The position numbers and the translations under genes are program-made. Positions 16,612-25,601 of a stretch of 47,584 nt of DNA are shown here, piece after piece; positions within the stretch are counted from its first letter, which is position 1; each line of letters begins with the position of its first letter. The stretch is from the IMG/VR virus record IMGVR_UViG_3300033417_000014, positions 1-47,584 of that record. One strand, given 5' to 3'. The DNA is from a virus. Lineage: Duplodnaviria > Caudoviricetes. The notes under the pieces were generated by a model. That model made no database searches. It was not told where the DNA came from and saw nothing but the letters and a program-made list of their open reading frames with translations.

Positions 16612-18392
16612 CGCTTGCCCCCGAGCCGATTAGTGACGGCGTCATAGGCGGCACGAGCGGCGGCTTGACCTGCTACGAAGAGATGTGCGTCCCACTGCGG
16701 CGGCAGCCCGATCTGGTTGTAAAAGTTCTGGTTGATGATGGGCGGACCGCCGGCGCCAGCGCCTGCCATGCGCACCGACTGAGCATGGCTGTAGATACGG
16801 CCCGGCACGTCCGGCACCCAGAGCTCAGGGCCTTTTTCGCCGACCAATGACGCCCGACCGACTGGTGGTCGCCCGCCGCCCGCGAACTTCAGGCCGCTGA
16901 ACAGGTTCGCGAAGAATCCGCCCCCGCCGCCCCCGCCGCTGCCCGCACCAATGCTCGACAGCGTCCCGGCGAGCTTCTCGGCCAACGGCTGCAACACGGC
17001 CATGCGGAACACGAGCTCGGCGAGGTCCTGAGCAAAGCCTCGAATCGCATCGCGCGGGCGGCCGCTGATGAGCGCCTCCATCCCGCGGCTTTCGAACGAT
17101 GCCGCGATCGCGTCGGCGAGGCGCTCCTGGCGCTCACGCGCCTTATCGACGGCCTCGGCGTATTCCTCCGTGCGCTGGATCATCGGCCGGAAGTCCGGCA
17201 TCTCCCGCATGCCCAGCCGGCGGCGCTGCTCGCCAAATTCGTCGGCGCTACCTATGCGGCGCGCGCCAACCGTCATCTCCTCGAGCCCGGCGTCAACCGG
17301 CAAGCGTGGCATGTCTCGGAAGCCCATGGCTCTGCGCCGTTCGGCCGTCAGTGCGGGCCGAGCCGTGATCTCGTCGAAACCGTCGCCCCAGCCGCCGCGC
17401 ATGGCCGCGCGCTGAGCGGGCGTGAGCTGGACAAACGGCATCGCACTGAGCTGTTCGATGCGAATGGCCTCGCGCTCCTGCGCGATGCCGCCCAAGATCC
17501 TGTGGCGCGCTTCGTTCGTACCGGTGAAGGTGCCTGGCCTGAGAGAATTCTCCCTGAGCTGAAGCTCGTAGAGGCGAGCCTCGATGCTCTTCTCCATGTT
17601 CTGAAGCTCGTCGACGCCGAATGCCGTACCGAGTTGCGCGGCGAAATCGACGAAGGCGCCCTTTAGACCAACGCCAACCGACGTGGTGAGGCGCTTGATG
17701 GCATCGCTCAGTGCGTCTGCTTTCTGCACCTGGTCGTCGGTGAAGACGTTGTTTGCAGCGGCCGCGGCTGCCTCCAGCGCCTGTGTGCCCTTGGCGAGCG
17801 TGTCCTGCATCTTCGCGCCGGCCTCGCGGCCGAACAGCGCCGCCGCGATCGCGGCTCTCTCGGCCGACGACGTCACGCCCTCGAAGGCCTTGACGATCGC
17901 TGCAAATAACGCCTCGCTGTCGCCGATCTCGCCGTTGAGCACGCGTTGGGAGAGGCCGAGCTGGTCGAGTGCCGCCTTGGCAGGTCCACCGCCCGTGTGG
18001 ATGAACTGACCGAGGCGCGTGTTGAGCGTGCTCATCGCGCTACCGAACTCGTTCGCTCCCACACCGTTTTGGTCGAACACAATCTGCAAACGCTGAAAGC
18101 GTTCGGCGCCGACGTCAGCGGCACGCGCCATCTCGCCTACCGCGTCGGCCGCCTGGATTGCTCCGCTCGTGAATCTGACGATCTGCGCTACCCCGAACCC
18201 AACACCGAACGCCGCCAGCGCCGAGCGCAGCCCGGAACCGAGCTTGTTGAAACCCTGCTGGACGCCGCCGAGCTGCTGATTCGTCTGACGCGCGAAAGTA
18301 CCGACCTCGACGCCGCCCTTCTTGAGCTCCTGGCGCAGCAGCTCCGAGCTGCCTTCGATGGTAACCAGCAGTCGCTCTAGCGCTTCGTTCAT
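16608..18392 (-). CDS. Tape measure protein
   Basis: Ala-rich helical 594 aa; C-terminal FAGGGRPPVGRASLVGEKGPELWVP. Confidence 0.9.
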   Translation of the reverse strand: MNEALERLLVTIEGSSELLRQELKKGGVEVGTFARQTNQQLGGVQQGFNKLGSGLRSALAAFGVGFGVAQIVRFTSGAIQAADAVGEMARAADVGAERFQRLQIVFDQNGVGANEFGSAMSTLNTRLGQFIHTGGGPAKAALDQLGLSQRVLNGEIGDSEALFAAIVKAFEGVTSSAERAAIAAALFGREAGAKMQDTLAKGTQALEAAAAAANNVFTDDQVQKADALSDAIKRLTTSVGVGLKGAFVDFAAQLGTAFGVDELQNMEKSIEARLYELQLRENSLRPGTFTGTNEARHRILGGIAQEREAIRIEQLSAMPFVQLTPAQRAAMRGGWGDGFDEITARPALTAERRRAMGFRDMPRLPVDAGLEEMTVGARRIGSADEFGEQRRRLGMREMPDFRPMIQRTEEYAEAVDKARERQERLADAIAASFESRGMEALISGRPRDAIRGFAQDLAELVFRMAVLQPLAEKLAGTLSSIGAGSGGGGGGGFFANLFSGLKFAGGGRPPVGRASLVGEKGPELWVPDVPGRIYSHAQSVRMAGAGAGGPPIINQNFYNQIGLPPQWDAHLFVAGQAAARAAYDAVTNRLGGKR

Positions 18393-18395
18393 CCG

Positions 18396-18910
18396 CTATT
18401 TCTCCTGCGATTCAACGATCGCGACAATCTCGTGCAGCGTGTGGCCCCAGAACTCCGCAGCCGTCCAGTGGAACGCGCTGCAGCAGGAGCCTAAGAGCTT
18501 TCGGTACTCGAGGCGGTCGGTGCGCTTGGGGGCGGAGATTCGTCGGCCGCCGCCTTTTTTTTTGCTCCGCCGCCGCACATGTTCGCGAGCAGCGCGATGA
18601 GAGGCTTCACGACGTTGTCGTCGTTGAGGCCCTCCGCGTAGAGCATCTCCTCGATACGGTCGGTGCTGAGCTTCGCCAGCATCTTGTCGCCACGGTCCTT
18701 GGCCCCGGCCCGGATGCACTCGGCCATCACCACGGCGATCTCTCGGAACGTCGGAAAGTAGGCCCCCAGCACGATGCGCTGCGATAGCCAATACACCGAG
18801 CCGATCTCCGACTCGATCGCGTTCACCGCGGCCATCGTCGGGAGCATGGGGAAGACGCGCCCCTCGAGCGTGAGGCCGACCTCACCGCGGTCGGTATTGA
18901 TTGCCGTCAT
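18396..18910 (-). CDS. Tail assembly chaperones G (18491..18910) and GT, via a -1 frameshift
   Basis: A9 run at 18555-18563 (A AAA AAG); the -1 frame continues with WTAAEFWGHTLHE to the stop just before the tape measure gene. Confidence 0.8.
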
Positions 18911-18913
18911 GGG

Positions 18914-19342
18914 CTACGGCGTCAGCTTGTCGATCGTCGGCTGCGCCGCGAGCGTGAGCTGGAACGAAAACGTCGCGTTGTCGTCGTCGTCGGCCCCTGG
19001 CGCGGTCATGTTCGACGCATACATGGAAGCCTCGAAAATCACGTCGCTGCCAGAAAACGGCGTCACGCGAAGCTGATAGTCGTTGGTCACGCGCGTCTTC
19101 GCGAGATCGTGGATGCGCTCGATGCCGTCGGTATCCGGCAACTGCAGCTTGCCGCTGACGTTGATCGTCACGTCCGTCTTGGCAGGCTTCTTGACCATGT
19201 ACGCGCCGTCGCCCTTCGCGGACTGGTCGCGCATGTTGGTCTGCCGGCTCGGCTGCAGACTGACCTCGCCGTCGATGTCGTTGTAGACGGCTGACGCGTT
19301 CTTGACGAACAGCCGGTAGTCCTCGCCACCCATTCGTGCCAT
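18914..19342 (-). CDS. Major tail tube protein
   Basis: 142 aa with DQSAKGD..ATFSFQL; upstream of the chaperones. Confidence 0.8.
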   Translation of the reverse strand: MARMGGEDYRLFVKNASAVYNDIDGEVSLQPSRQTNMRDQSAKGDGAYMVKKPAKTDVTINVSGKLQLPDTDGIERIHDLAKTRVTNDYQLRVTPFSGSDVIFEASMYASNMTAPGADDDDNATFSFQLTLAAQPTIDKLTP

Positions 19343-19366
19343 GTGAGTCTCCTTTACTGAGCCGGG

Positions 19367-19897
19367 TTAGGCGGCGTTGCGTAGCAGTGCGAGCAGGTCC
19401 TCGTCGTTCGGCGTATCGACGTCCGTCACCGCTCCGGCCGCGGCGACGCCACCGGCCTTGATCGAGAGCCGAATCGCGGTCGCGCTGATCCCGACGCCGA
19501 TGATCGTGACGAACTCCGAGCCGGCGATGTCGTCGACCGGGATGATCCCGCCGGCAGTCCCGAGCGCGTAGATCTTGCCGACGGCAACCGTGCCGCCGAT
19601 CGTGATGTCGCCGCCCTTCTGCACCGAGATCGGTTGGCCGCTGCCGCCACCGTTCAGCGCGATACCGTACGCGGCCGCGTTCGCGGACGTATCGTTGACG
19701 GCGGCGATGACCGCCGCTCCCGAGAGCCTCACGACTTGCCCGGCCGTGATGGTGCCGCCGGCGATCCGCTGCTCCTTGTCGCCCTCGAGCCCGACGACGC
19801 TGGCGGGGGTGATGGAGATCGCGGCGGCGTAGGCCAGCACCGGCAGCAAGGAGGTCGCGAAGACCAGGATGGCGGCGTGCAGTAAACGTCTGTTCAT
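19367..19897 (-). CDS. Virion decoration-like protein with an N-terminal signal-like peptide
   Basis: AGGTITAGQVV..GIALNGG..GQPI; hydrophobic leader ending AYA. Confidence 0.6.
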   Translation of the reverse strand: MNRRLLHAAILVFATSLLPVLAYAAAISITPASVVGLEGDKEQRIAGGTITAGQVVRLSGAAVIAAVNDTSANAAAYGIALNGGGSGQPISVQKGGDITIGGTVAVGKIYALGTAGGIIPVDDIAGSEFVTIIGVGISATAIRLSIKAGGVAAAGAVTDVDTPNDEDLLALLRNAA

Positions 19898-19913
19898 GGA
19901 GGCTCTCCTTGAG

Positions 19914-20339
19914 CTATTCCCCGAAAATTTCTGCCTCGTATTCGAGCGCGAGGTACGCGATCCACGTCTCGCCCTCTTCGGGCGGCGGGAGATCGAGCGA
20001 CGTCGACCGCAGCGTCATGCACCGCGCGCCGCCCACCGGGACCTGCTTGAGACGGTCCTCGACGAGCTCGGCCCAGGCATCGCAGTCGTCGTCGAGCGCC
20101 TTGGCGTCCTCGACCTCGATCACGAGAACGATAAACACCTGAACTCGGCGATCGATTGCGCCGGACTTGCTTGCCCGCTCGCTCGTCTCCTCTTCGGTGA
20201 CGATGGCGGCGATCGGCAGCTTCGTCGCCTCGAGGTCCTTCGTCCGGTTGGTCACCGGCGTCAGCGTCAGGCCGTTGAGCTCGACGCCGGCGAGCCTCGC
20301 CTTGAGAGCGCCGCGCAGCGTCTTGCGTGGGTGCGTCAC
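19914..20339 (-). CDS. Tail terminator-like protein
   Basis: MTHPRKTLR..LPIAAIVTEEE; synteny. Confidence 0.7.
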   Translation of the reverse strand: MTHPRKTLRGALKARLAGVELNGLTLTPVTNRTKDLEATKLPIAAIVTEEETSERASKSGAIDRRVQVFIVLVIEVEDAKALDDDCDAWAELVEDRLKQVPVGGARCMTLRSTSLDLPPPEEGETWIAYLALEYEAEIFGE

Positions 20340-20665
20340 TCCTCGACCGCCTTGAGGATCAACGTGTGGCTCGTCTCCTCGACATCAGGCCGCACGGATA
20401 TGACTTCGAAGTGGAATACGCCCTCGAACAGCGCCTGGGCGCCTCGGAACAGCAGATCGCCCTGCTTCGGCTCCTCGACTGCGCTCTTGAGGATCTGCGC
20501 CTCGCGGCGCCGCGAACTGACCGCAGGACCTCGCCCACCTTCCACGCGGCTCCAGCCGTTCGTCGGTACTGCGGTGACCTCGATGACCGTCTCGCCGTCG
20601 AAGTAGACGAAGGTCTCTCCGAGGGCGTCAACGACCGCGGCCGCGGCGTCCTCGAAGAGATCCAT
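20336..20665 (-). CDS. Head-tail joining protein (gpFII-like)
   Basis: ALGETFVY..PKQGD; synteny. Confidence 0.7.
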   Translation of the reverse strand: MDLFEDAAAAVVDALGETFVYFDGETVIEVTAVPTNGWSRVEGGRGPAVSSRRREAQILKSAVEEPKQGDLLFRGAQALFEGVFHFEVISVRPDVEETSHTLILKAVEE

Positions 20666-20677
20666 GCGTGGTCAGCC

Positions 20678-21037
20678 TTAGGTGACCGCCGGCGCGACTT
20701 GGTTGATGTCGACGGCGATCTCGAGGACGCCCGAGCCCGCGCTCTCGAACGCGTAGCCACAGAAGAAGTCGCCGGCGGCGGGCGTCGCTTGATCGTCGTC
20801 GACGTTGCCCGCGCTGACGTCCCAAAGGACGCGCTGGCCCTTCGTGATGACCGCGCCCGTCACCTTCGGGAGCTTGTAGACACCCTTGATGCCGTAGACG
20901 ATCTTGTCGCCGGAAACGCCGGCCGAATGTGCGACACCGATCTTGCCGGTGCCGATGACGTCGACGTCGTCCACGAGGACGGTGCCGCCCAGCGTGACTT
21001 CCTCGACGTCGCCCTTCGTAACGAACTTGTCCGACAT
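20678..21037 (-). CDS. DUF2190-type capsid cement protein
   Basis: KFVTKGD..GVYKLPK..GQRVLWD; follows the capsid gene. Confidence 0.8.
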   Translation of the reverse strand: MSDKFVTKGDVEEVTLGGTVLVDDVDVIGTGKIGVAHSAGVSGDKIVYGIKGVYKLPKVTGAVITKGQRVLWDVSAGNVDDDQATPAAGDFFCGYAFESAGSGVLEIAVDINQVAPAVT

Positions 21038-21074
21038 TGCTGGTCTCCTCGGTTACCTGTGAGGCGGCGCGCTA

Positions 21075-23366
21075 TTAGGCGCCGGCGTTGGTCGTGGTGC
21101 CGCGGAAGTCCGTCGCGCCGACGCCGTGGTCGTGCCGCACCTTCCAGCGGATGCCGTCGAAGTCGAACCCTTCTTCGGTCTCGATGACGGGTGATTCCTC
21201 GCCCTGGAGGAACACGACCTCGATGACCGGTGCGATCGCCGGATCCGCGAACAGGTACCAGCGGTTCCCGCTGATACGCGGCGTGTCGACGATCTGCGAG
21301 ACCAGGTCGCGCACGACGTTGGGCTTCATGAACTTGTTCGATTGGTCGAAATCGAACTCCGCCTTGATCGCGGCGCGCGCCGTGGCGCCCTTGCCGATCG
21401 GCCCGAGCCAAACGTTCGGTCGCAGGTCGGTGTAGTCCGTGCCGTTCGGCTCGAGTTGCGAGGCCATCAACACGCGGCCGCGCTCGAATGCGGCCTGATC
21501 CGGCACCGCGCTCGTGCTGTCGATGTTCGCGTGGGTCGAGTGGAACAAGACCTGGCCATCGTTCATCGTCGGGCCCGTGCCGGAATTCAGCGCCAGCAGT
21601 GCAAACACGTTGACTTCGATCGTGAGCGCAGAGGCGCGGCCCAGCATCGTCACCATGCGCGCGAAACCGTCGACGTCGTCGTTGACGATCGCCTGACGCG
21701 TCAGCCCGATGATGTTGCCGTAGGTCTTCGCCTTGATCACTTCCTTCTTCGCATCCGGGAAGTGCATCTGCTGGAATTCGCCGGTCTCGAGCAGCTCGCT
21801 CAGCTGCGAAAGGCTGCCGATGCGAAGCCGCGGATGATCGCGGAAGTCCTGCACCGAGCCCGTCGCGCAGAAGGTGCGCCACTTGTCGGGCGCGATGGCG
21901 TAAGCCGCCATCAGCATCTTGTGGAGCACGTTCTCGAGCAGCACCGGGAAGTCGCTGAGCGTGCCGAGCCCACGGCCGTCGGCTCGAACCGTGGTGACCG
22001 CTTTTGCGATCTGCATCGGCGTCATGCCGCGGACGCGGACGCCCTCGCGCTCGAGCACGTCGCGCGCGATGTCCAGCAAAGTCATACCGCGGAAGTTGCC
22101 GCCGTCGAGCGTGACCGGCTTCCCAATCTTCTTGGCGTGCGCTTCGACGAGACCGCGAGTGCCCGCTTTGATGATCAGGTGCTGCGACATGCCGTCGAGC
22201 CATTTGTCGCGCTCGTCTTGGGTGATCGTCGCGCTCGGGTTGTGGCCGCTAATGTGCGGCTTGTTCTTCGGATCGGCGAGCCAGGCGAGGATGGCGACGT
22301 TGCCGGCGGCAACGTCCGCCGACTGAGCAACGATGGCGGCGATCGCATCGGCGGGCAATCCGTGCTGACGGCCGGCAGCCTCGATCGTGATGGCGCGCGT
22401 GCGGTCCGCGGCCAGCGCGGCCTGCACTGCCGCCGCCACGTCGGTGACTTGCCCGACCGCGGGCACTTGGGCGGGCGCAGTCTTCGGCTTCTTCGCCTCG
22501 AACTTGTGGCCGTCGTCCTCGGCCAGCGGGCGGAGCTCCTTGGTCGTAGAGCCGAGCACGTCCGCGAACGCGCGCAGTTGCGCCAGCGTCGGGAAGCCCT
22601 TGCCCTCGAGGATCTCGTTGACCTTGTCGACCGTCAGCTCGGACTCGACGGCGAGGTTGTCGACGACGTCCTCTTTGGTCACGTCGCCCTTGACCATCGC
22701 GGCGATGAGAGCGGCGATCTTGGCTGCAAACTTCTTCACGGTAGGCGCTCCTCTGTTGGCCTTGGTGATGCGCTTCGCGAGTGCGGCCGCCGGGATTACC
22801 GGCAGACGCGCCTGAGCGGGCGCGAGAATTTCGTCGATGAACCCGGCCGCGAGCGCCTCCGCGGCGTTCAGCCACGTGCCCTTGCCGCCGTTGCGGCCCA
22901 TCATTTCGAGGATCTCTTCCTCGGTATGCTTGGTGCGGCGGGCGTAGATGCTCGCCATGCTCTCCCCGTACTTGTCGAGCATCTCGGCGGCCGCGCGAAG
23001 ATCGTCGGCATTGCCGCCGACGCCACCAGCCCACGGGTCGTGGAGCATGAACAGGCCGTCCTCGGCCATGCTGATCTTCTTGCCAGCCATCGCGATCGCC
23101 GATGCCATCGAGGCGGCCACGCCGACGATCTCGACCTCGATGCGCGCCTTCGAAGAGCGGAGCGCGTGGTAGATGGCCAGGCCATCGTTCACGAGACCAC
23201 CCTCGCTGTTGACGATGACCCGAATGAGATCGACGTCGCCGAGCGCCTTGAGCGCATCGAGGAACGCCTGTGTCGTCAGCGGCTCGAGGCCGACCGTCCC
23301 GACGACGCGTAGCTCTCCGGCCTTGCCAGCGGCTGCTCGAGTCTCGATCTGCTTGCGCCTCGCCAT
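21075..23366 (-). CDS. ClpP-type prohead protease fused to the major capsid protein
   Basis: VNSEGG, GVAASMAS and MLHDP (ClpP); SDFPVLLENVLHK, TYG..IGLTRQAIVNDD (capsid). The frame stays open upstream to 23897. Confidence 0.9.
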   Translation of the reverse strand: MARRKQIETRAAAGKAGELRVVGTVGLEPLTTQAFLDALKALGDVDLIRVIVNSEGGLVNDGLAIYHALRSSKARIEVEIVGVAASMASAIAMAGKKISMAEDGLFMLHDPWAGGVGGNADDLRAAAEMLDKYGESMASIYARRTKHTEEEILEMMGRNGGKGTWLNAAEALAAGFIDEILAPAQARLPVIPAAALAKRITKANRGAPTVKKFAAKIAALIAAMVKGDVTKEDVVDNLAVESELTVDKVNEILEGKGFPTLAQLRAFADVLGSTTKELRPLAEDDGHKFEAKKPKTAPAQVPAVGQVTDVAAAVQAALAADRTRAITIEAAGRQHGLPADAIAAIVAQSADVAAGNVAILAWLADPKNKPHISGHNPSATITQDERDKWLDGMSQHLIIKAGTRGLVEAHAKKIGKPVTLDGGNFRGMTLLDIARDVLEREGVRVRGMTPMQIAKAVTTVRADGRGLGTLSDFPVLLENVLHKMLMAAYAIAPDKWRTFCATGSVQDFRDHPRLRIGSLSQLSELLETGEFQQMHFPDAKKEVIKAKTYGNIIGLTRQAIVNDDVDGFARMVTMLGRASALTIEVNVFALLALNSGTGPTMNDGQVLFHSTHANIDSTSAVPDQAAFERGRVLMASQLEPNGTDYTDLRPNVWLGPIGKGATARAAIKAEFDFDQSNKFMKPNVVRDLVSQIVDTPRISGNRWYLFADPAIAPVIEVVFLQGEESPVIETEEGFDFDGIRWKVRHDHGVGATDFRGTTTNAGA

Positions 23367-23897
23367 GGGCGCAAGGTGCTCTAGAGAACTCGGCGCCCGC
23401 AACCGTTTGGCGCCCTCGGTTTGGCGTTCGCCAATCAATTCCTCGATCGCGTCCCAATCCGATGCGCAGATAGCGCCCGCAACCGCCTCCACATCGGCCG
23501 ACGATCGGAACCATTCGCCGTGATCGTTATCGTTCGCGAGCCGCTGATGCAGTCGCGCCTCAAGCGTCGTCGAGGCCGGCATATAGCCGAGCAACTCCAG
23601 CGCCATCGGGGACTGGGCGCTCATCGCCTTGGTGCGACTTTCGGGATTTTCGGCGAACCCAATCTTGACGAGACCGTTGGACGCCCGGACCGCGTACACG
23701 AAGCACGCGCGGCGCTTGCGATCCCACCAAGCCTCAAGCTCATCGACGCGCGCGTGGATCTTCCAGTGCTCGCGATCTTGATGCACAGGTGTGCCTTCGT
23801 CATTGGCGAGCCGGTAGACCTGCCACACGGAAACTACGCGCCCGGTGATCTCCGTTAGCTTGGCTGCGATGCGCTTTGCCCCTACGAGCTCACTCAT
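23367..23897 (-). CDS. HTH plus GIY-YIG (T5orf172-like) domain, in frame with ClpP-capsid
   Basis: FVYAV..LVKIGFAENPESR..LEARLHQRL..GEWF; ATG overlaps the portal stop; no stop codon before 23366. Confidence 0.75.
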
Positions 23898-25392
23898 CGT
23901 CGAGGTCCTCATCGTCGCCGCCGGTCGGTGGCATCTGCAGCGGCCCTTGCCCGGCTCGCGCCTGCGTAAGGCCTGCGGCGCTGACCTTACGCGCATCGGA
24001 GTCGAGGATGATGCCGCGAGCGTCGAGTAGCTCCTGCTCCTCGGCGAGCTCGTCGAGGTGCTCGTGGAGGTCCTTGCCCGTTTCCCCGAGGATGTCCGTC
24101 AAGCTCTTCTGGCCGGAGCGACGGGCGTTCGTGAGCGCCGGCACTTCGCGCTCGGGCGAGATCATGTCGCGTCGCGGCGGCGTGTGGCGGACCGTGACTC
24201 CGTCGACGTTGTGGCCGAGCAGCCGGGCGCCCTCGAGCCACCAGCCCATCATGACGGCGCAGCCTTGGGGGATCAGCATCAGCCAGCGCCAGGCGTCGAG
24301 GTTACGCTGCTGCTCGAGCCAGCCCATGCGGCCGGATGTGAAGCTCACACCCTTCAAGTCGCCGGTGAAGGCCTCGTAGCTCAGTCCGAGCGCCGCGGCG
24401 ATCGCGCGTAACGAGACGCGCGCGTACTCGTCGTAGCCCTCGACCTGCGGCGGGCTCGCGAACTTGACGTCGGCGCCGGCGCCGAGCCACTCGATCATGC
24501 CGGGCTCCACTTTCTCGATCGTCTTGGAGCCGCTCGCCGGAGCGGCCGGCGGCCCCGAGAGGCCGCCGGTGCGAAAGACCGCGAAGCAGGCGGCGATCTT
24601 CTGCCGGACGAGCTGAGCGTTTTCGTAGTCGTCGAAGTCCGAGAGCCGCAGCATCACCGGCGCGAGCCACGGAATGCCCCGCACCTGCCCGGGACGGTCG
24701 ACACGATAGATGTGCGCGACGTCGCGAGCCGGGACCGGGAGGCTGGTCACCGACCCCGTGCCCCCGCCCGGGTGCTCGGGGAAGAGCCAATAGCGGGTGC
24801 ACCGCCCGCTCTTGTCGAACTCCTTACCCTGAACGATTTCGCCGCCTTCGCGGGTAGCCCCATCCCGCGACGAATCGAGGAAGTCCGGCTCGAGCACCTG
24901 AAATTGAATCGGGAACGCGAGCTTGTTCGTGAAGCGGCGCAACACGAGAGACTCACCGGATTCGGCGGTCGTGCGTAGCGCCAGCGCCTGCAGGCCGTAG
25001 TAGTCGTGGACGCCGGCGACGTCGATCGCCGTCGTCTCGAGCGTCTGTCGTGCGAGATCCTCGAGCGCTCGATCCGTGTCGCGCCCGCGCTTGAAACGCG
25101 GCGCGATGCCGGTCGCGACACCGTTCACGACGATGGCATCGATGCCGCGCTTCGCATGTGGGTTGTTGCGCACGAGATCGTGCGATCCGGTCCGCAATCG
25201 CGGCAAGTCGCGTGCGGACACGGTGTCCGCCGACGCACCCGAGCGCCGAATGCTCGTCCCGCGGCGGCCCTGATCGGCGCCGTCGTAGTAGGCCTGCGCG
25301 ATCTCCATCGCGCGCAGCTGCAGCCGGGCGGCGGCTCGCCGGGCGGCGACCGTCGGCGCGATGTACGCGATAGCGCGATCCAGCCGCGTCAA
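23890..25392 (-). CDS. Lambda-family portal protein
   Basis: DLVRNNPHA, RPGQVRGIPWLAPV and FTGDLKGVSFTSGR. Confidence 0.93.
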   Translation of the reverse strand: MTRLDRAIAYIAPTVAARRAAARLQLRAMEIAQAYYDGADQGRRGTSIRRSGASADTVSARDLPRLRTGSHDLVRNNPHAKRGIDAIVVNGVATGIAPRFKRGRDTDRALEDLARQTLETTAIDVAGVHDYYGLQALALRTTAESGESLVLRRFTNKLAFPIQFQVLEPDFLDSSRDGATREGGEIVQGKEFDKSGRCTRYWLFPEHPGGGTGSVTSLPVPARDVAHIYRVDRPGQVRGIPWLAPVMLRLSDFDDYENAQLVRQKIAACFAVFRTGGLSGPPAAPASGSKTIEKVEPGMIEWLGAGADVKFASPPQVEGYDEYARVSLRAIAAALGLSYEAFTGDLKGVSFTSGRMGWLEQQRNLDAWRWLMLIPQGCAVMMGWWLEGARLLGHNVDGVTVRHTPPRRDMISPEREVPALTNARRSGQKSLTDILGETGKDLHEHLDELAEEQELLDARGIILDSDARKVSAAGLTQARAGQGPLQMPPTGGDDEDLDDE

Positions 25393-25601
25393 GACTGCAC
25401 GCCTTTGCTGAACTCTGCCAACGTCGAGCGGTGCCCAGATTCGTTAGCGAGATCTCGGGACACGAAGTCGATCTGTTGAACGAGCTCGGCCACGGTTGCG
25501 AACTCGACTGAGCGCCCATCCGAGAACGTCACGCGACGCGTGCCGCGCAGCATGGCGCGCTTCAACGTGTCGAGGTCTGCCTGGGTATATGCGCTCACCA
25601 A
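25389..25601 (-). CDS. gpW-like head completion protein
   Basis: YTQADLDTLKRAM..GTRRVTFSDGRSVEF; lies between terminase and portal. Confidence 0.8.
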   Translation of the reverse strand: MVSAYTQADLDTLKRAMLRGTRRVTFSDGRSVEFATVAELVQQIDFVSRDLANESGHRSTLAEFSKGVQS

